Made by a program: the position numbers and the translations under genes. The notes below the pieces were generated by a model. The model was not told where the DNA came from and did no database searches. It saw only the letters and a list, made by a program, of their open reading frames with translations. Positions 1 through 14,085 of a DNA stretch of 64,000 nt are shown in pieces. The first letter of the stretch is position 1; the number at the start of each line of letters is the position of its first letter. Source of the DNA: Macrostomum hystrix. Taxonomy: Eukaryota > Animalia > Platyhelminthes. The stretch is from contig CATNEN010000038.1 of NCBI GenBank assembly GCA_950097015.1, positions 31,248,001-31,312,000 of the forward strand, written 5' to 3'.

Positions 1-513
1 AGCCTTATTTATAAAAAATGGCAAAACCAGAATGCTGTTCTCGTACGAGCGTATTTGTTGCTAAAAATAGCTTTTAGGACAGTATCTGAAAATAGTCCGC
101 GCGCACACAGAACGCAAAGCGTTTCTCTGGGTGTTTTAAACCCTCCCCTATGTACATCTGTCATCTTATTACAGGTGTTCTATGCTAGCTAAAGCACAAG
201 AAAACGCACACGCGATGAAAGCGAGAAGGAGAAGACATGCAGTGTAATTCAGCAAGCTGCCAGATTTACTTTTTTATCCGCACTGTAAATTTGTACACAA
301 CGCATAGAAGTTTCAAGGTAGACTTGACGGAAAAGCCGTGGAAATGCCGCATTTCGGCTCATTATTTAGCCGGACTAGGCAGGACAAAGTTTGTTGAAAG
401 CAATATAATTCTATCGTAAAATTTATTCTACATGCAAACACGTAATTTAAAAGAAACAATGCCAAACACAACATCGGAGCCGGATCTAGCCTCTGAATTC
501 AGCGGTCTCTCAC

Positions 514-2168
514 ATGAGCAGTGAGCACGAGTCACTTCCGACAGGCACCGGACTTGAGCTTCAAAATTCCGCTTTGTCGACTGGAAACTCGAATTCGTCA
601 ACGGCGATCAGCTTTGAAATTGGTTCGAGTTCAGCTATTGAAAGTGCCCATAGAAGTATGCCAGGTGCGAGGTTTTTATATAATTGGTCAATAAATAAAT
701 ATCTGACCGATAAATATCTGACCCATAAATATCTGACCCATTAATATCTGACCCATAAATACCTGACCCATAAATATCTGACCCATAAATATCTGACCCA
801 TAAATATCTGACCCATAAATATCTGACCCATAAATATCTGACCCATAAATATCTGACCCATAAATATCTGACCCATAAATATCTGACCCATAAATATCGG
901 ATCAATAAATATCTGATCAACAAATGTCTGACCAATAAATATCTTATCAATAAATGTCTGACCAACAAATGTCTGGTTAGTCTGGACTGATAAATGACTG
1001 ACCAATAAATTTCTGGCCGATAAATGCCTGACCGATAAATATCTGACATATTAATGTCTGATCAATAAATATCTGATCAACAAATGTCTGACTGATAAAT
1101 TTCTGACCAATAAATGTCTGACCAATAAATGTCTCAACCGATTAATTTCAGACTGATATGACTGATTAGTTTCTGAATGATCGTTGTCCGAACGATCGTG
1201 CCTAATCAATGTATGCCAGAATGTCTGGACGGATGCATGGATAGATGGAGATGGATGGTTGGATTGATGGATGGATGCATGAATAAATGGATGTATGGAT
1301 GGATGGATGGGTGGATGGATAGGTGGGTGGATGGATGGATGGATGGATGGATGGATGGATGGATGGGTGGATGGATGGGTGGATGGATAGGTGGGTGGAT
1401 GGATGGATGGATGGATGGATGGATGGATGGATGGGTGGATGGATGGATGGATGGATGGATGGATGGATGGATGGATGGATGGATGGATGGATGGATGGAT
1501 GGGTGGATGGATGGGTGGATGGATAGGTGGGTGGATGGATGGATGGATGGATGGATGGATGGATGGATGGGTGGATGGATGGATGGATGGATGGATGGGT
1601 GGATAGATGCATGGGTGGATTGATGGATAGATGGATGCATGGATGGATGGGTGGATGGATGGATGGATGGGTGGATAGATGCATGGGTGGATTGATGGAT
1701 GGATGGATGGATGGACGGTTGGATGGATGGTTGGATTGATGGATGGATAGGTATTAGGGATGGATTTGAAACAAAGTACTAAAGATCAATCTCTCTTATG
1801 TTCTTGTGTCCATTTCAGGACTTACATCGGCTAACTTATTTGGCGCCACTTCCAACAGCGAAGACAGCGGAACAATGTCTCAGTTGTCAACAGAAGATCA
1901 GAACGATAGCCGACAAAGAGTAGAGAATTTCGCCTCTCACACAATTTCATCGTCCACCGCGGCCAGAGGCCATAGAAGGTGTCACTCCATGACTACTGCA
2001 TCAGATTACTCGACTTCCCAAGCAGCTGGGCAGAGACTGCAGGACAGTGGGACTGAGGCTTCATCAAGCCAGGTGCAACTTTGCGGCGCGGAATTGATTT
2101 GGGAAGGCTTAATGCGCTCCGTGTCGAGCTTGTTTGGCAGCTTTGCTAACAATAATCTTCAGCAGTAG
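514..2168 (+). CDS. Putative two-exon Ser/Thr-rich protein, copy 1 (514-664 + 1819-2168, 166 aa)
   Basis: CAG|GTGCGA donor after 664 and pyrimidine tract + TTTCAG| acceptor at 1817-1818 are both phase 1, so the exons join in frame. No recognisable domain. Confidence 0.5.
690..1140 (+). repeat. 15-bp minisatellite (TAAATATCTGACCCA)n. Shorter arrays at ~4437-4640, 8497-8700, 12697-12900
   Basis: Tandem repeat read directly. Confidence 0.95.
1228..1765 (+). repeat. (GGAT)n microsatellite. Shorter copies at ~4727-4972, 8787-9032, 12987-13232
   Basis: Tandem repeat read directly. Confidence 0.97.
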
Positions 2169-2616
2169 CTAGCGCGATGAATCTAACGAAAAAATATTTC
2201 CAAGTGTAAAGATTTTAGGTAATTGCATAACAACTTGACGTTTTAGGCGAACCCCCAGGTCATTACATTCTGTCTCATATTTATCACCCTGCTGTGTGGT
2301 ATCAGCTTTGCTGGTGGTGCTATGAAAGCATAGATTTCAATCTAAATGTCGAATGCCGAACGCTCATCGTTTGGAAGCTTCAAGCGTTTCTCAATTTGTA
2401 TTCTCAACAATGCCGCCGCTTATTTATATTGAACCCCATTTATATTTGCCGGTACTCACTGTAAGACTTGGTTTTTCTGTCCCGTATTACATCCGTTATT
2501 TTCATTGCAAATTGAATTACCGATTATGGATTGTGTACAAAGTACAGAGATTTGATTGAATTTTTTAATAACAAAACAAAACGACTAAAACGACTGAGAG
2601 ATATAAGTACACAACT

Positions 2617-3946
2617 TCCAGTCCACTGCCTATAGTCCACTGCCTACAGTCCATTGCCTATTGTCCACTGCCTACAGTCCACTGCCTCCAGTCCACTGCC
2701 TATAGTCCACTGCCTCCAGTCCACTGCCTATTGTCCACTGCCTACAGTCCACTGCCTATTGTCCACTGCCTACAGTCCACTGCCTCCAGTACACTGCCTA
2801 CAGTCCACTGCCTATAGTCCACTGCCTATTGTCCACTGCCTCCAGTCCACTGCCTCCAGTCCACTGCCTATAGTCCACTGCCTTCAGTCCACTGCCTCCA
2901 GTCCACTGCCTATAGTCCACTGCCTCCAGTCCACTGCCTCCAGTCCACTGCCTACAGTCCACTGCCTACAGTCCGCTGCCTCCAGTCCACTGCCTATAGT
3001 CCGCTGCCTCCAGTCCACTGCCTATTGTCCACTGCCTACAGTCCACTGCCTATTGTCCACTGCCTCCAGTCCACTGCCTCCAGTCCACTGCCTCCAGTCC
3101 ACTGCCTATAGTCCGCTGCCTCCAGTCCACTGCCTATAGTCCACTGCCTACAGTCCACTGCCTACAGTCCACTGCCTCCAGTCCACTGCCTACAGTCCAC
3201 TGCCTCCAGTCCACTGCCTCCAGTACACTGCCTCCAGTCCACTGCCTACAGTCCACTGCCTACAGTCCACTGCCTATAGTCCACTGCCTATAGTCCACTG
3301 CCTACAGTCCACTGCCTCCAGTCCACTGCCTATAGTCCACTGCCTCCAGTCCACTGCCTATAGTCCACTGCCTACAGTCCACTGCCTCCAGTCCACTGCC
3401 TATAGTCCACTGCCTCCAGTCCACTGCCTTCAGTCCACTGCCTATAGTCCACTGCCTCCAGTCCACTGCCAATAGTCCACTGCCTACAGTCCACTACCTG
3501 CAGTCCACTGCCTATTGTCCACTGCCTACAGTCCACTGCCTCCAGTACACTGCCTACAGTCCACTGCCTATAGTCCACTGCCTTCAGTCCACTGCCTCCA
3601 GTCCACTGCCTCCAGTCCACTGCCTATAGTCCACTGCCTTCAGTCCACTGCCTCCAGTCCACTGCCTATAGTCCACTGCCTCCAGTTCACTGCCTCCAGT
3701 CCACTGCCTACAGTCCACTGCCTACAGTCCGCTGCCTCCAGTCCACTGCCTATAGTCCGCTGCCTCCAGTCCACTGCCTATTGTCCACTGCCTACAGTCC
3801 ACTGCCTATTGTCCACTGCCTCCAGTCCACTGCCTCCAGTACACTGCCTCCAGTCCACTGCCTATTGTCCACTGCCTACAGTCCACTGCCTATTGTCCAC
3901 TGCCTCCAGTCCACTGCCTATAGTCCACTGCCTCCAGTCCACTGCC
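2617..3946 (+). repeat. 14-bp satellite AGTCCACTGCCT(CC/AC/AT/TC), array 1
   Basis: Tandem repeat read directly. Confidence 0.97.
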
Positions 3947-4288
3947 GTAGGGTCAAAATGCCGTAGGGTCAACTGCCCTACACTACATGAGCATGCGGCT
4001 GAATCACATTGTCATGAAGCAGCCTATTTATAAAAAATGGCAAATGCAAATGTATTTGTTGCTAGAAATAGCTTTTAGGACAGTATTATCTGAAAATAGT
4101 CCGCGCGCACACACAACGCAAAGCGTTTCTCTGGGTGTTTTCCAAGCCGGAAATGCCGTGGAAATGCCGCATTTCGGCTCATTAATAAGCCGGACTATAA
4201 CTGAGTCCGCACGACAAAGTTTGTTGAAAGCCATATAATTCTATCGTAAAATTTATTCTACATGCAAACACGTAATTTAAAAGAAGCA

Positions 4289-5374
4289 ATGCCAAACACA
4301 ACATCGGAGCCGGATCTAGCCTCTGAATTCAGCGGTCTCTCACATGAGCACGAGTCACTTCCGACAGGTTCGAGTTCAGCTATTGAAAGTGCCCATAGAA
4401 GTATGCCAGGTGAGAGGTTTTTTATATAATTGGTCAATAAATAAATATCTGACCCATAAATATCTGATCAATAAATATCTGACCCGTAAATATCTGACCC
4501 ATAAATATCTGATCAATAAATATCTGCATGATCAATAAATATCTAACCAACAAATGTCTGACCAATAAATGTCTGACTGATAAATGACTGACCAATAAAT
4601 TTCTGACCAATAAATGTCTGACCAATAAATGTCTCAACCGATTAATTTCAGACTGATATGACTGATTAGTTTCTGAATGATCGATGTCCGAACGATCGTG
4701 CCTAATCAATGTATGCCTGAATGTCTGGACGGATGGATGGATAGATGGATGGTTGGATTTATGGATGGATGGATGGATGGTTGGATTGATGGATGGATGG
4801 ATGGATGGTTGGATGGACGGTTGGATGGATGGTTGGATTGATGGATAGATGGATGCATGGATGGATGGGTGGATGGATGGGTGGATAGATGGATGGTTGG
4901 ATTGATGGATGGATGGATGGACGGTTGGATGGATGGTTGGATTGATGGATGGATAGGTATTAGGGATGGATTTGAAACAAAGTACTAAAGATCAATCTCT
5001 CTTATGTTCTTGTGTCCATTTCAGGACTTACATCGGCTAACTTATTTGGCGCCACTTCCAACAGCGAAGACAGCGGAACAATGTCTCAGTTGTCAACAGA
5101 AGATCAGAACGATAGCCGACAAAGAGTAGAGAATTTCGCCTCTCACACAATTTCATCGTCCACCGCGGCCAGAGGCCATAGAAGGTGTCACTCCATGACT
5201 ACTGCATCAGATTACTCGACTTCCCAAGCAGCTGGGCAGAGACTGCAGGACAGTGGGACTGAGGCTTCATCAAGCCAGGTGCAACTTTGCGGCGCGGAAT
5301 TGATTTGGGAAGGCTTAATGCGCTCCGTGTCGAGCTTGTTTGGCAGCTTTGCTAACAATAATCTTCAGCAGTAG
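4289..5374 (+). CDS. Putative two-exon Ser/Thr-rich protein, copy 2 (4289-4409 + 5025-5374, 156 aa, [14 protein letters not shown]...SMPG|LTSANLFG...NNNLQQ)
   Basis: CAG|GTGAGA donor and TTTCAG| acceptor, both phase 1. 121+350 nt = 157 codons. Confidence 0.55.
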
Positions 5375-5822
5375 CTAGCGCGATGAATCTAACGAAAAAA
5401 TATTTCCAAGTGTAAAGATTTTAGGTAATTGCATAACAACTTGACGTTTTAGGCGAACCCCCAGGTCATTACATTCTGTCTCATATTTATCACCCTGCTG
5501 TGTGGTATCAGCTTTGCTGGTGGTGCTATGAAAGCATAGATTTCAATCTAAATGTCGAATGCCGAACGCTCATCGTTTGGAAGCTTCAAGCGTTTCTCAA
5601 TTTGTATTCTCAACAATGCCGCCGCTTATTTATATTGAACCCCATTTATATTTGCCGGTACTCACTGTAAGACTTGGTTTTTCTGTCCCGTATTACATCC
5701 GTTATTTTCATTGCAAATTGAATTACCGATTATGGATTGTGTACAAAGTACAGAGATTTGATTGAATTTTTTAATAACAAAACAAAACGACTAAAACGAC
5801 TGAGAGATATAAGTACACAACT

Positions 5823-8006
5823 TCCAGTCCACTGCCTATAGTCCACTGCCTACAGTCCATTGCCTATTGTCCACTGCCTACAGTCCACTGCCTCCAGTCC
5901 ACTGCCTCCAGTCCACTGCCTATAGTCCACTGCCTACAGTCCACTGCCTACAGTCCACTGCCTCCAGTCCACTGCCTCCAGTCCACTGCCTCCAGTCCAC
6001 TGCCTCCAGTCCACTGCCTCCAGTCCACTGCCTATAGTCCACTGCCTACAGTCCACTGCCTTCAGTCCACTGCCTCCAGTCCACTGCCTATTGTCCACTG
6101 CCTACAGTCCACTGCCTATTGTCCACTGCCTACAGTCCACTGCCTCCAGTACACTGCCTACAGTCCACTGCCTATAGTCCACTGCCTATTGTCCACTGCC
6201 TCCAGTCCACTGCCTCCAGTCCACTGCCTATAGTCCACTGCCTTCAGTCCACTGCCTCCAGTCCACTGCCTATAGTCCACTGCCTCCAGTCCACTGCCTC
6301 CAGTCCACTGCCTACAGTCCACTGCCTACAGTCCGCTGCCTCCAGTCCACTGCCTATAGTCCGCTGCCTCCAGTCCACTGCCTATTGTCCACTGCCTACA
6401 GTCCACTGCCTTTTGTCCACTGCCTCCAGTCCACTGCCTCCAGTCCACTGCCTCCAGTCCACTGCCTATAGTCCGCTGCCTCCAGTCCACTGCCTATAGT
6501 CCACTGCCTACAGTCCACTGCCTACAGTCCACTGCCTCCAGTCCACTGCCTACAGTCCACTGCCTCCAGTACACTGCCTACAGTCCACTGCCTCCAGTCC
6601 ACTGCCTACAGTCCACTGCCTCCAGTCCACTGCCTACAGTCCACTGCCTAAAGTCCACTGCCTCCAGTCCACTGCCTCCAGTCCACTGCCTCCAGTCCAC
6701 TGCCTATAGTCCACTGCCTACAGTCCACTGCCTTCAGTCCACTGCCTCCAGTCCACTGCCTATAGTCCACTGCCTCCAGTCCACTGCCTATTGTCCACTG
6801 CCTACAGTCCACTGCCTATTGTCCACTGCCTACAGTCCACTGCCTCCAGTACACTGCCTACAGTCCACTGCCTATAGTCCACTGCCTATTGTCCACTGCC
6901 TCCAGTCCACTGCCTCCAGTCCACTGCCTATAGTCCACTTCCTTCAGTCCACTGCCTCCAGTCCACTGCCTATAGTCCACTGCCTCCAGTCCACTGCCTC
7001 CAGTCCACTGCCTACAGTCCACTGCCTACAGTCCGCTGCCTCCAGTCCACTGCCTATAGTCCGCTGCCTCCAGTCCACTGCCTATTGTCCACTGCCTACA
7101 GTCCACTGCCTTTTGTCCACTGCCTCCAGTCCACTGCCTCCAGTCCACTGCCTCCAGTCCACTGCCTATAGTCCGCTGCCTCCAGTCCACTGCCTATAGT
7201 CCACTGCCTACAGTCCACTGCCTACAGTCCACTGCCTCCAGTCCACTGCCTACAGTCCACTGCCTCCAGTACACTGCCTACAGTCCACTGCCTCCAGTCC
7301 ACTGCCTCCAGTACACTGCCTCCAGTCCACTGCCTACAGTCCACTGCCTACAGTCCACTGCCTATAGTCCACTGCCTATAGTCCACTGCCTACAGTCCAC
7401 TGCCTCCAGTCCACTGCCTATAGTCCACTGCCTCCAGTCCACTGCCTATAGTCCACTGCCTACAGTCCACTGCCTCCAGTCCACTGCCTATAGTCCACTG
7501 CCTCCAGTCAACTGCCTCCAGTCCACTGCCTACAGTCCACTGCCTCCAGTCCACTGCCTATAGTCCACTGCCTCCAGTCCACTGCCAATAGTCCACTGCC
7601 TACAGTCCACTACCTGCAGTCCACTGCCTATTGTCCACTGCCTACAGTCCACTGCCTCCAGTACACTGCCTACAGTCCACTGCCTATAGTCCACTGCCTT
7701 CAGTCCACTGCCTCCAGTCCACTGCCTCCAGTCCACTGCCTATAGTCCACTGCCTTCAGTCCACTGCCTCCAGTCCACTGCCTATAGTCCACTGCCTCCA
7801 GTTCACTGCCTCCAGTCCACTGCCTACAGTCCACTGCCTACAGTCCGCTGCCTCCAGTCCACTGCCTATAGTCCGCTGCCTCCAGTCCACTGCCTATTGT
7901 CCACTGCCTACAGTCCACTGCCTATTGTCCACTGCCTCCAGTCCACTGCCTCCAGTACACTGCCCCCAGTCCACTGCCTATAGTCCACTGCCTCCAGTCC
8001 ACTGCC
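5823..8006 (+). repeat. 14-bp satellite, array 2
   Basis: Tandem repeat read directly. Confidence 0.97.
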
Positions 8007-8348
8007 GTAGGGTCAAAATGCCGTAGGGTCAACTGCCCTACACTACATGAGCATGCGGCTGAATCACATTGTCATGAAGCAGCCTATTTATAAAAAATGG
8101 CAAATGCAAATGTATTTGTTGCTAGAAATAGCTTTTAGGACAGTATTATCTGAAAATAGTCCGCGCGCACACACAACGCAAAGCGTTTCTCTGGGTGTTT
8201 TCCAAGCCGGAAATGCCGTGGAAATGCCGCATTTCGGCTCATTAATAAGCCGGACTATAACTGAGTCCGCACGACAAAGTTTGTTGAAAGCCATATAATT
8301 CTATCGTAAAATTTATTCTACATGCAAACACGTAATTTAAAAGAAGCA

Positions 8349-9434
8349 ATGCCAAACACAACATCGGAGCCGGATCTAGCCTCTGAATTCAGCGGTCTCT
8401 CACATGAGCACGAGTCACTTCCGACAGGTTCGAGTTCAGCTATTGAAAGTGCCCATAGAAGTATGCCAGGTGAGAGGTTTTTTATATAATTGGTCAATAA
8501 ATAAATATCTGACCCATAAATATCTGATCAATAAATATCTGACCCGTAAATATCTGACCCATAAATATCTGATCAATAAATATCTGCATGATCAATAAAT
8601 ATCTAACCAACAAATGTCTGACCAATAAATGTCTGACTGATAAATGACTGACCAATAAATTTCTGACCAATAAATGTCTGACCAATAAATGTCTCAACCG
8701 ATTAATTTCAGACTGATATGACTGATTAGTTTCTGAATGATCGATGTCCGAACGATCGTGCCTAATCAATGTATGCCTGAATGTCTGGACGGATGGATGG
8801 ATAGATGGATGGTTGGATTTATGGATGGATGGATGGATGGTTGGATTGATGGATGGATGGATGGATGGTTGGATGGACGGTTGGATGGATGGTTGGATTG
8901 ATGGATAGATGGATGCATGGATGGATGGGTGGATGGATGGGTGGATAGATGGATGGTTGGATTGATGGATGGATGGATGGACGGTTGGATGGATGGTTGG
9001 ATTGATGGATGGATAGGTATTAGGGATGGATTTGAAACAAAGTACTAAAGATCAATCTCTCTTATGTTCTTGTGTCCATTTCAGGACTTACATCGGCTAA
9101 CTTATTTGGCGCCACTTCCAACAGCGAAGACAGCGGAACAATGTCTCAGTTGTCAACAGAAGATCAGAACGATAGCCGACAAAGAGTAGAGAATTTCGCC
9201 TCTCACACAATTTCATCGTCCACCGCGGCCAGAGGCCATAGAAGGTGTCACTCCATGACTACTGCATCAGATTACTCGACTTCCCAAGCAGCTGGGCAGA
9301 GACTGCAGGACAGTGGGACTGAGGCTTCATCAAGCCAGGTGCAACTTTGCGGCGCGGAATTGATTTGGGAAGGCTTAATGCGCTCCGTGTCGAGCTTGTT
9401 TGGCAGCTTTGCTAACAATAATCTTCAGCAGTAG
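8349..9434 (+). CDS. Putative two-exon Ser/Thr-rich protein, copy 3 (8349-8469 + 9085-9434)
   Basis: Same as copy 2 at an offset of +4060. Confidence 0.55.
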
Positions 9435-9882
9435 CTAGCGCGATGAATCTAACGAAAAAATATTTCCAAGTGTAAAGATTTTAGGTAATTGCATAACAAC
9501 TTGACGTTTTAGGCGAACCCCCAGGTCATTACATTCTGTCTCATATTTATCACCCTGCTGTGTGGTATCAGCTTTGCTGGTGGTGCTATGAAAGCATAGA
9601 TTTCAATCTAAATGTCGAATGCCGAACGCTCATCGTTTGGAAGCTTCAAGCGTTTCTCAATTTGTATTCTCAACAATGCCGCCGCTTATTTATATTGAAC
9701 CCCATTTATATTTGCCGGTACTCACTGTAAGACTTGGTTTTTCTGTCCCGTATTACATCCGTTATTTTCATTGCAAATTGAATTACCGATTATGGATTGT
9801 GTACAAAGTACAGAGATTTGATTGAATTTTTTAATAACAAAACAAAACGACTAAAACGACTGAGAGATATAAGTACACAACT

Positions 9883-12206
9883 TCCAGTCCACTGCCTATA
9901 GTCCACTGCCTACAGTCCATTGCCTATTGTCCACTGCCTACAGTCCACTGCCTCCAGTCCACTGCCTCCAGTCCACTGCCTATAGTCCACTGCCTACAGT
10001 CCACTGCCTACAGTCCACTGCCTCCAGTCCACTGCCTCCAGTCCACTGCCTCCAGTCCACTGCCTCCAGTCCACTGCCTCCAGTCCACTGCCTATAGTCC
10101 ACTGCCTACAGTCCACTGCCTTCAGTCCACTGCCTCCAGTCCACTGCCTATAGTCCACTGCCTCCAGTCCACTGCCTATTGTCCACTGCCTACAGTCCAC
10201 TGCCTATTGTCCACTGCCTACAGTCCACTGCCTCCAGTACACTGCCTACAGTCCACTGCCTATAGTCCACTGCCTATTGTCCACTGCCTCCAGTCCACTG
10301 CCTCCAGTCCACTGCCTATAGTCCACTGCCTCCAGTCCACTGCCTCCAGTCCACTGCCTCCAGTACACTGCCTACAGTCCACTGCCTATAGTCCACTGCC
10401 TATTGTCCACTGCCTCCAGTCCACTGCCTCCAGTCCACTGCCTATAGTCCACTGCCTTCAGTCCACTGCCTCCAGTCCACTGCCTATAGTCCACTGCCTC
10501 CAGTCCACTGCCTCCAGTCCACTGCCTACAGTCCACTGCCTACAGTCCGCTGCCTCCAGTCCACTGCCTATAGTCCGCTGCCTCCAGTCCACTGCCTATT
10601 GTCCACTGCCTACAGTCCACTGCCTTTTGTCCACTGCCTCCAGTCCACTGCCTCCAGTCCACTGCCTCCAGTCCACTGCCTATAGTCCGCTGCCTCCAGT
10701 CCACTGCCTATAGTCCACTGCCTACAGTCCACTGCCTACAGTCCACTGCCTCCAGTCCACTGCCTACAGTCCACTGCCTCCAGTACACTGCCTACAGTCC
10801 ACTGCCTCCAGTCCACTGCCTACAGTCCACTGCCTCCAGTCCACTGCCTACAGTCCACTGCCTCCAGTCCACTGCCTCCAGTCCACTGCCTCCAGTCCAC
10901 TGCCTCCAGTCCACTGCCTATAGTCCACTGCCTACAGTCCACTGCCTTCAGTCCACTGCCTCCAGTCCACTGCCTATAGTCCACTGCCTCCAGTCCACTG
11001 CCTATTGTCCACTGCCTACAGTCCACTGCCTATTGTCCACTGCCTACAGTCCACTGCCTCCAGTACACTGCCTACAGTCCACTGCCTACAGTCCACTGCC
11101 TATTGTCCACTGCCTCCAGTCCACTGCCTCCAGTCCACTGCCTATAGTCCACTGCCTTCAGTCCACTGCCTCCAGTCCACTGCCTATAGTCCACTGCCTC
11201 CAGTCCACTGCCTCCAGTCCACTGCCTACAGTCCACTGCCTACAGTCCGCTGCCTCCAGTCCACTGCCTATAGTCCGCTGCCTCCAGTCCACTGCCTATT
11301 GTCCACTGCCTACAGTCCACTGCCTTTTGTCCACTGCCTCCAGTCCACTGCCTCCAGTCCACTGCCTCCAGTCCACTGCCTATAGTCCGCTGCCTCCAGT
11401 CCACTGCCTATAGTCCACTGCCTACAGTCCACTGCCTACAGTCCACTGCCTCCAGTCCACTGCCTACAGTCCACTGCCTCCAGTACACTGCCTACAGTCC
11501 ACTGCCTCCAGTCCACTGCCTCCAGTACACTGCCTCCAGTCCACTGCCTACAGTCCACTGCCTACAGTCCACTGCCTATAGTCCACTGCCTATAGTCCAC
11601 TGCCTACAGTCCACTGCCTCCAGTCCACTGCCTATAGTCCACTGCCTCCAGTCCACTGCCTATAGTCCACTGCCTACAGTCCACTGCCTCCAGTCCACTG
11701 CCTATAGTCCACTGCCTCCAGTCCACTGCCTCCAGTCCACTGCCTACAGTCCACTGCCTCCAGTCCACTGCCTATAGTCCACTGCCTCCAGTCCACTGCC
11801 TCCAGTCCACTGCCAATAGTCCACTGCCTACAGTCCACTACCTGCAGTCCACTGCCTATTGTCCACTGCCTACAGTCCACTGCCTCCAGTACACTGCCTA
11901 CAGTCCACTGCCTATAGTCCACTGCCTTCAGTCCACTGCCTCCAGTCCACTGCCTCCAGTCCACTGCCTATAGTCCACTGCCTTCAGTCCACTGCCTCCA
12001 GTCCACTGCCTATAGTCCACTGCCTCCAGTTCACTGCCTCCAGTCCACTGCCTACAGTCCACTGCCTACAGTCCGCTGCCTCCAGTCCACTGCCTATAGT
12101 CCGCTGCCTCCAGTCCACTGCCTATTGTCCACTGCCTACAGTCCACTGCCTATTGTCCACTGCCTCCAGTCCACTGCCTATAGTCCACTGCCTCCAGTCC
12201 ACTGCC
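9883..12206 (+). repeat. 14-bp satellite, array 3
   Basis: Tandem repeat read directly. Confidence 0.97.
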
Positions 12207-12548
12207 GTAGGGTCAAAATGCCGTAGGGTCAACTGCCCTACACTACATGAGCATGCGGCTGAATCACATTGTCATGAAGCAGCCTATTTATAAAAAATGG
12301 CAAATGCAAATGTATTTGTTGCTAGAAATAGCTTTTAGGACAGTATTATCTGAAAATAGTCCGCGCGCACACACAACGCAAAGCGTTTCTCTGGGTGTTT
12401 TCCAAGCCGGAAATGCCGTGGAAATGCCGCATTTCGGCTCATTAATAAGCCGGACTATAACTGAGTCCGCACGACAAAGTTTGTTGAAAGCCATATAATT
12501 CTATCGTAAAATTTATTCTACATGCAAACACGTAATTTAAAAGAAGCA

Positions 12549-13634
12549 ATGCCAAACACAACATCGGAGCCGGATCTAGCCTCTGAATTCAGCGGTCTCT
12601 CACATGAGCACGAGTCACTTCCGACAGGTTCGAGTTCAGCTATTGAAAGTGCCCATAGAAGTATGCCAGGTGAGAGGTTTTTTATATAATTGGTCAATAA
12701 ATAAATATCTGACCCATAAATATCTGATCAATAAATATCTGACCCGTAAATATCTGACCCATAAATATCTGATCAATAAATATCTGCATGATCAATAAAT
12801 ATCTAACCAACAAATGTCTGACCAATAAATGTCTGACTGATAAATGACTGACCAATAAATTTCTGACCAATAAATGTCTGACCAAAAAATGTCTCAACCG
12901 ATTAATTTCAGACTGATATGACTGATTAGTTTCTGAATGATCGATGTCCGAACGATCGTGCCTAATCAATGTATGCCTGAATGTCTGGACGGATGGATGG
13001 ATAGATGGATGGTTGGATTTATGGATGGATGGATGGATGGTTGGATTGATGGATGGATGGATGGATGGTTGGATGGACGGTTGGATGGATGGTTGGATTG
13101 ATGGATAGATGGATGCATGGATGGATGGGTGGATGGATGGGTGGATAGATGGATGGTTGGATTGATGGATGGATGGATGGACGGTTGGATGGATGGTTGG
13201 ATTGATGGATGGATAGGTATTAGGGATGGATTTGAAACAAAGTACTAAAGATCAATCTCTCTTATGTTCTTGTATCCATTTCAGGACTTACATCGGCTAA
13301 CTTATTTGGCGCCACTTCCAACAGCGAAGACAGCGGAACAATGTCTCAGTTGTCAACAGAAGATCAGAACGATAGCCGACAAAGAGTAGAGAATTTCGCC
13401 TCTCACACAACTTCATCGTCCACCGCGGCCAGAGGCCATAGAAGGTGTCACTCCATGACTACTGCATCAGATTACTCGACTTCCCAAGCAGCTGGGCAGA
13501 GACTGCAAGACAGTGGGACTGAGGCTTCATTAAGCCAGGTGCAACTTTGCGGCGCGGAATTGATTTGGGACGGCTTAATGCGCTCCGTGTCGAGCTTGTT
13601 TGGCAGCTTTGCTAACAATAATCTTCAGCAGTAG
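12549..13634 (+). CDS. Putative two-exon Ser/Thr-rich protein, copy 4 (12549-12669 + 13285-13634), with a few substitutions in exon 2
   Basis: Offset +8260 from copy 2. Splice sites and frame are kept. Confidence 0.55.
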
Positions 13635-14085
13635 CTAGCGCGATGAATCTAACGAAAAAATATTTCCAAGTGTAAAGATTTTAGGTAATTGCATAACAAC
13701 TTGGCGTTTTAGGCGAACCCCCAGGTCATTACATTCTGTCTCATATTTATCTGCACCCTGCTGTCTGGTATCAGCTTTGCTGGTGGTGCTATGAAAGCAT
13801 AGATTTCAATCTAAATGTCGAATGCCGAACGCTCATCGTTTGAAAGCTTCAAGCGTTTCTCTATTTGTATTCTCAACAATGCCGCCGCTTATTTATATTG
13901 AACCCCATTTATATTTGCCGGTACTCACTGTAAGACTTGGTTTTTCTGTCCCGTATTACATCCGTTATTTTCATTGCAAATTGAATTACCGATTATGGAT
14001 TGTGTACAAAGTACAGAGATTTGATTGAATTTTTGAATAACAAAACAAAACGACTAAAACGACTGAGAGATATAAGTACACAACT

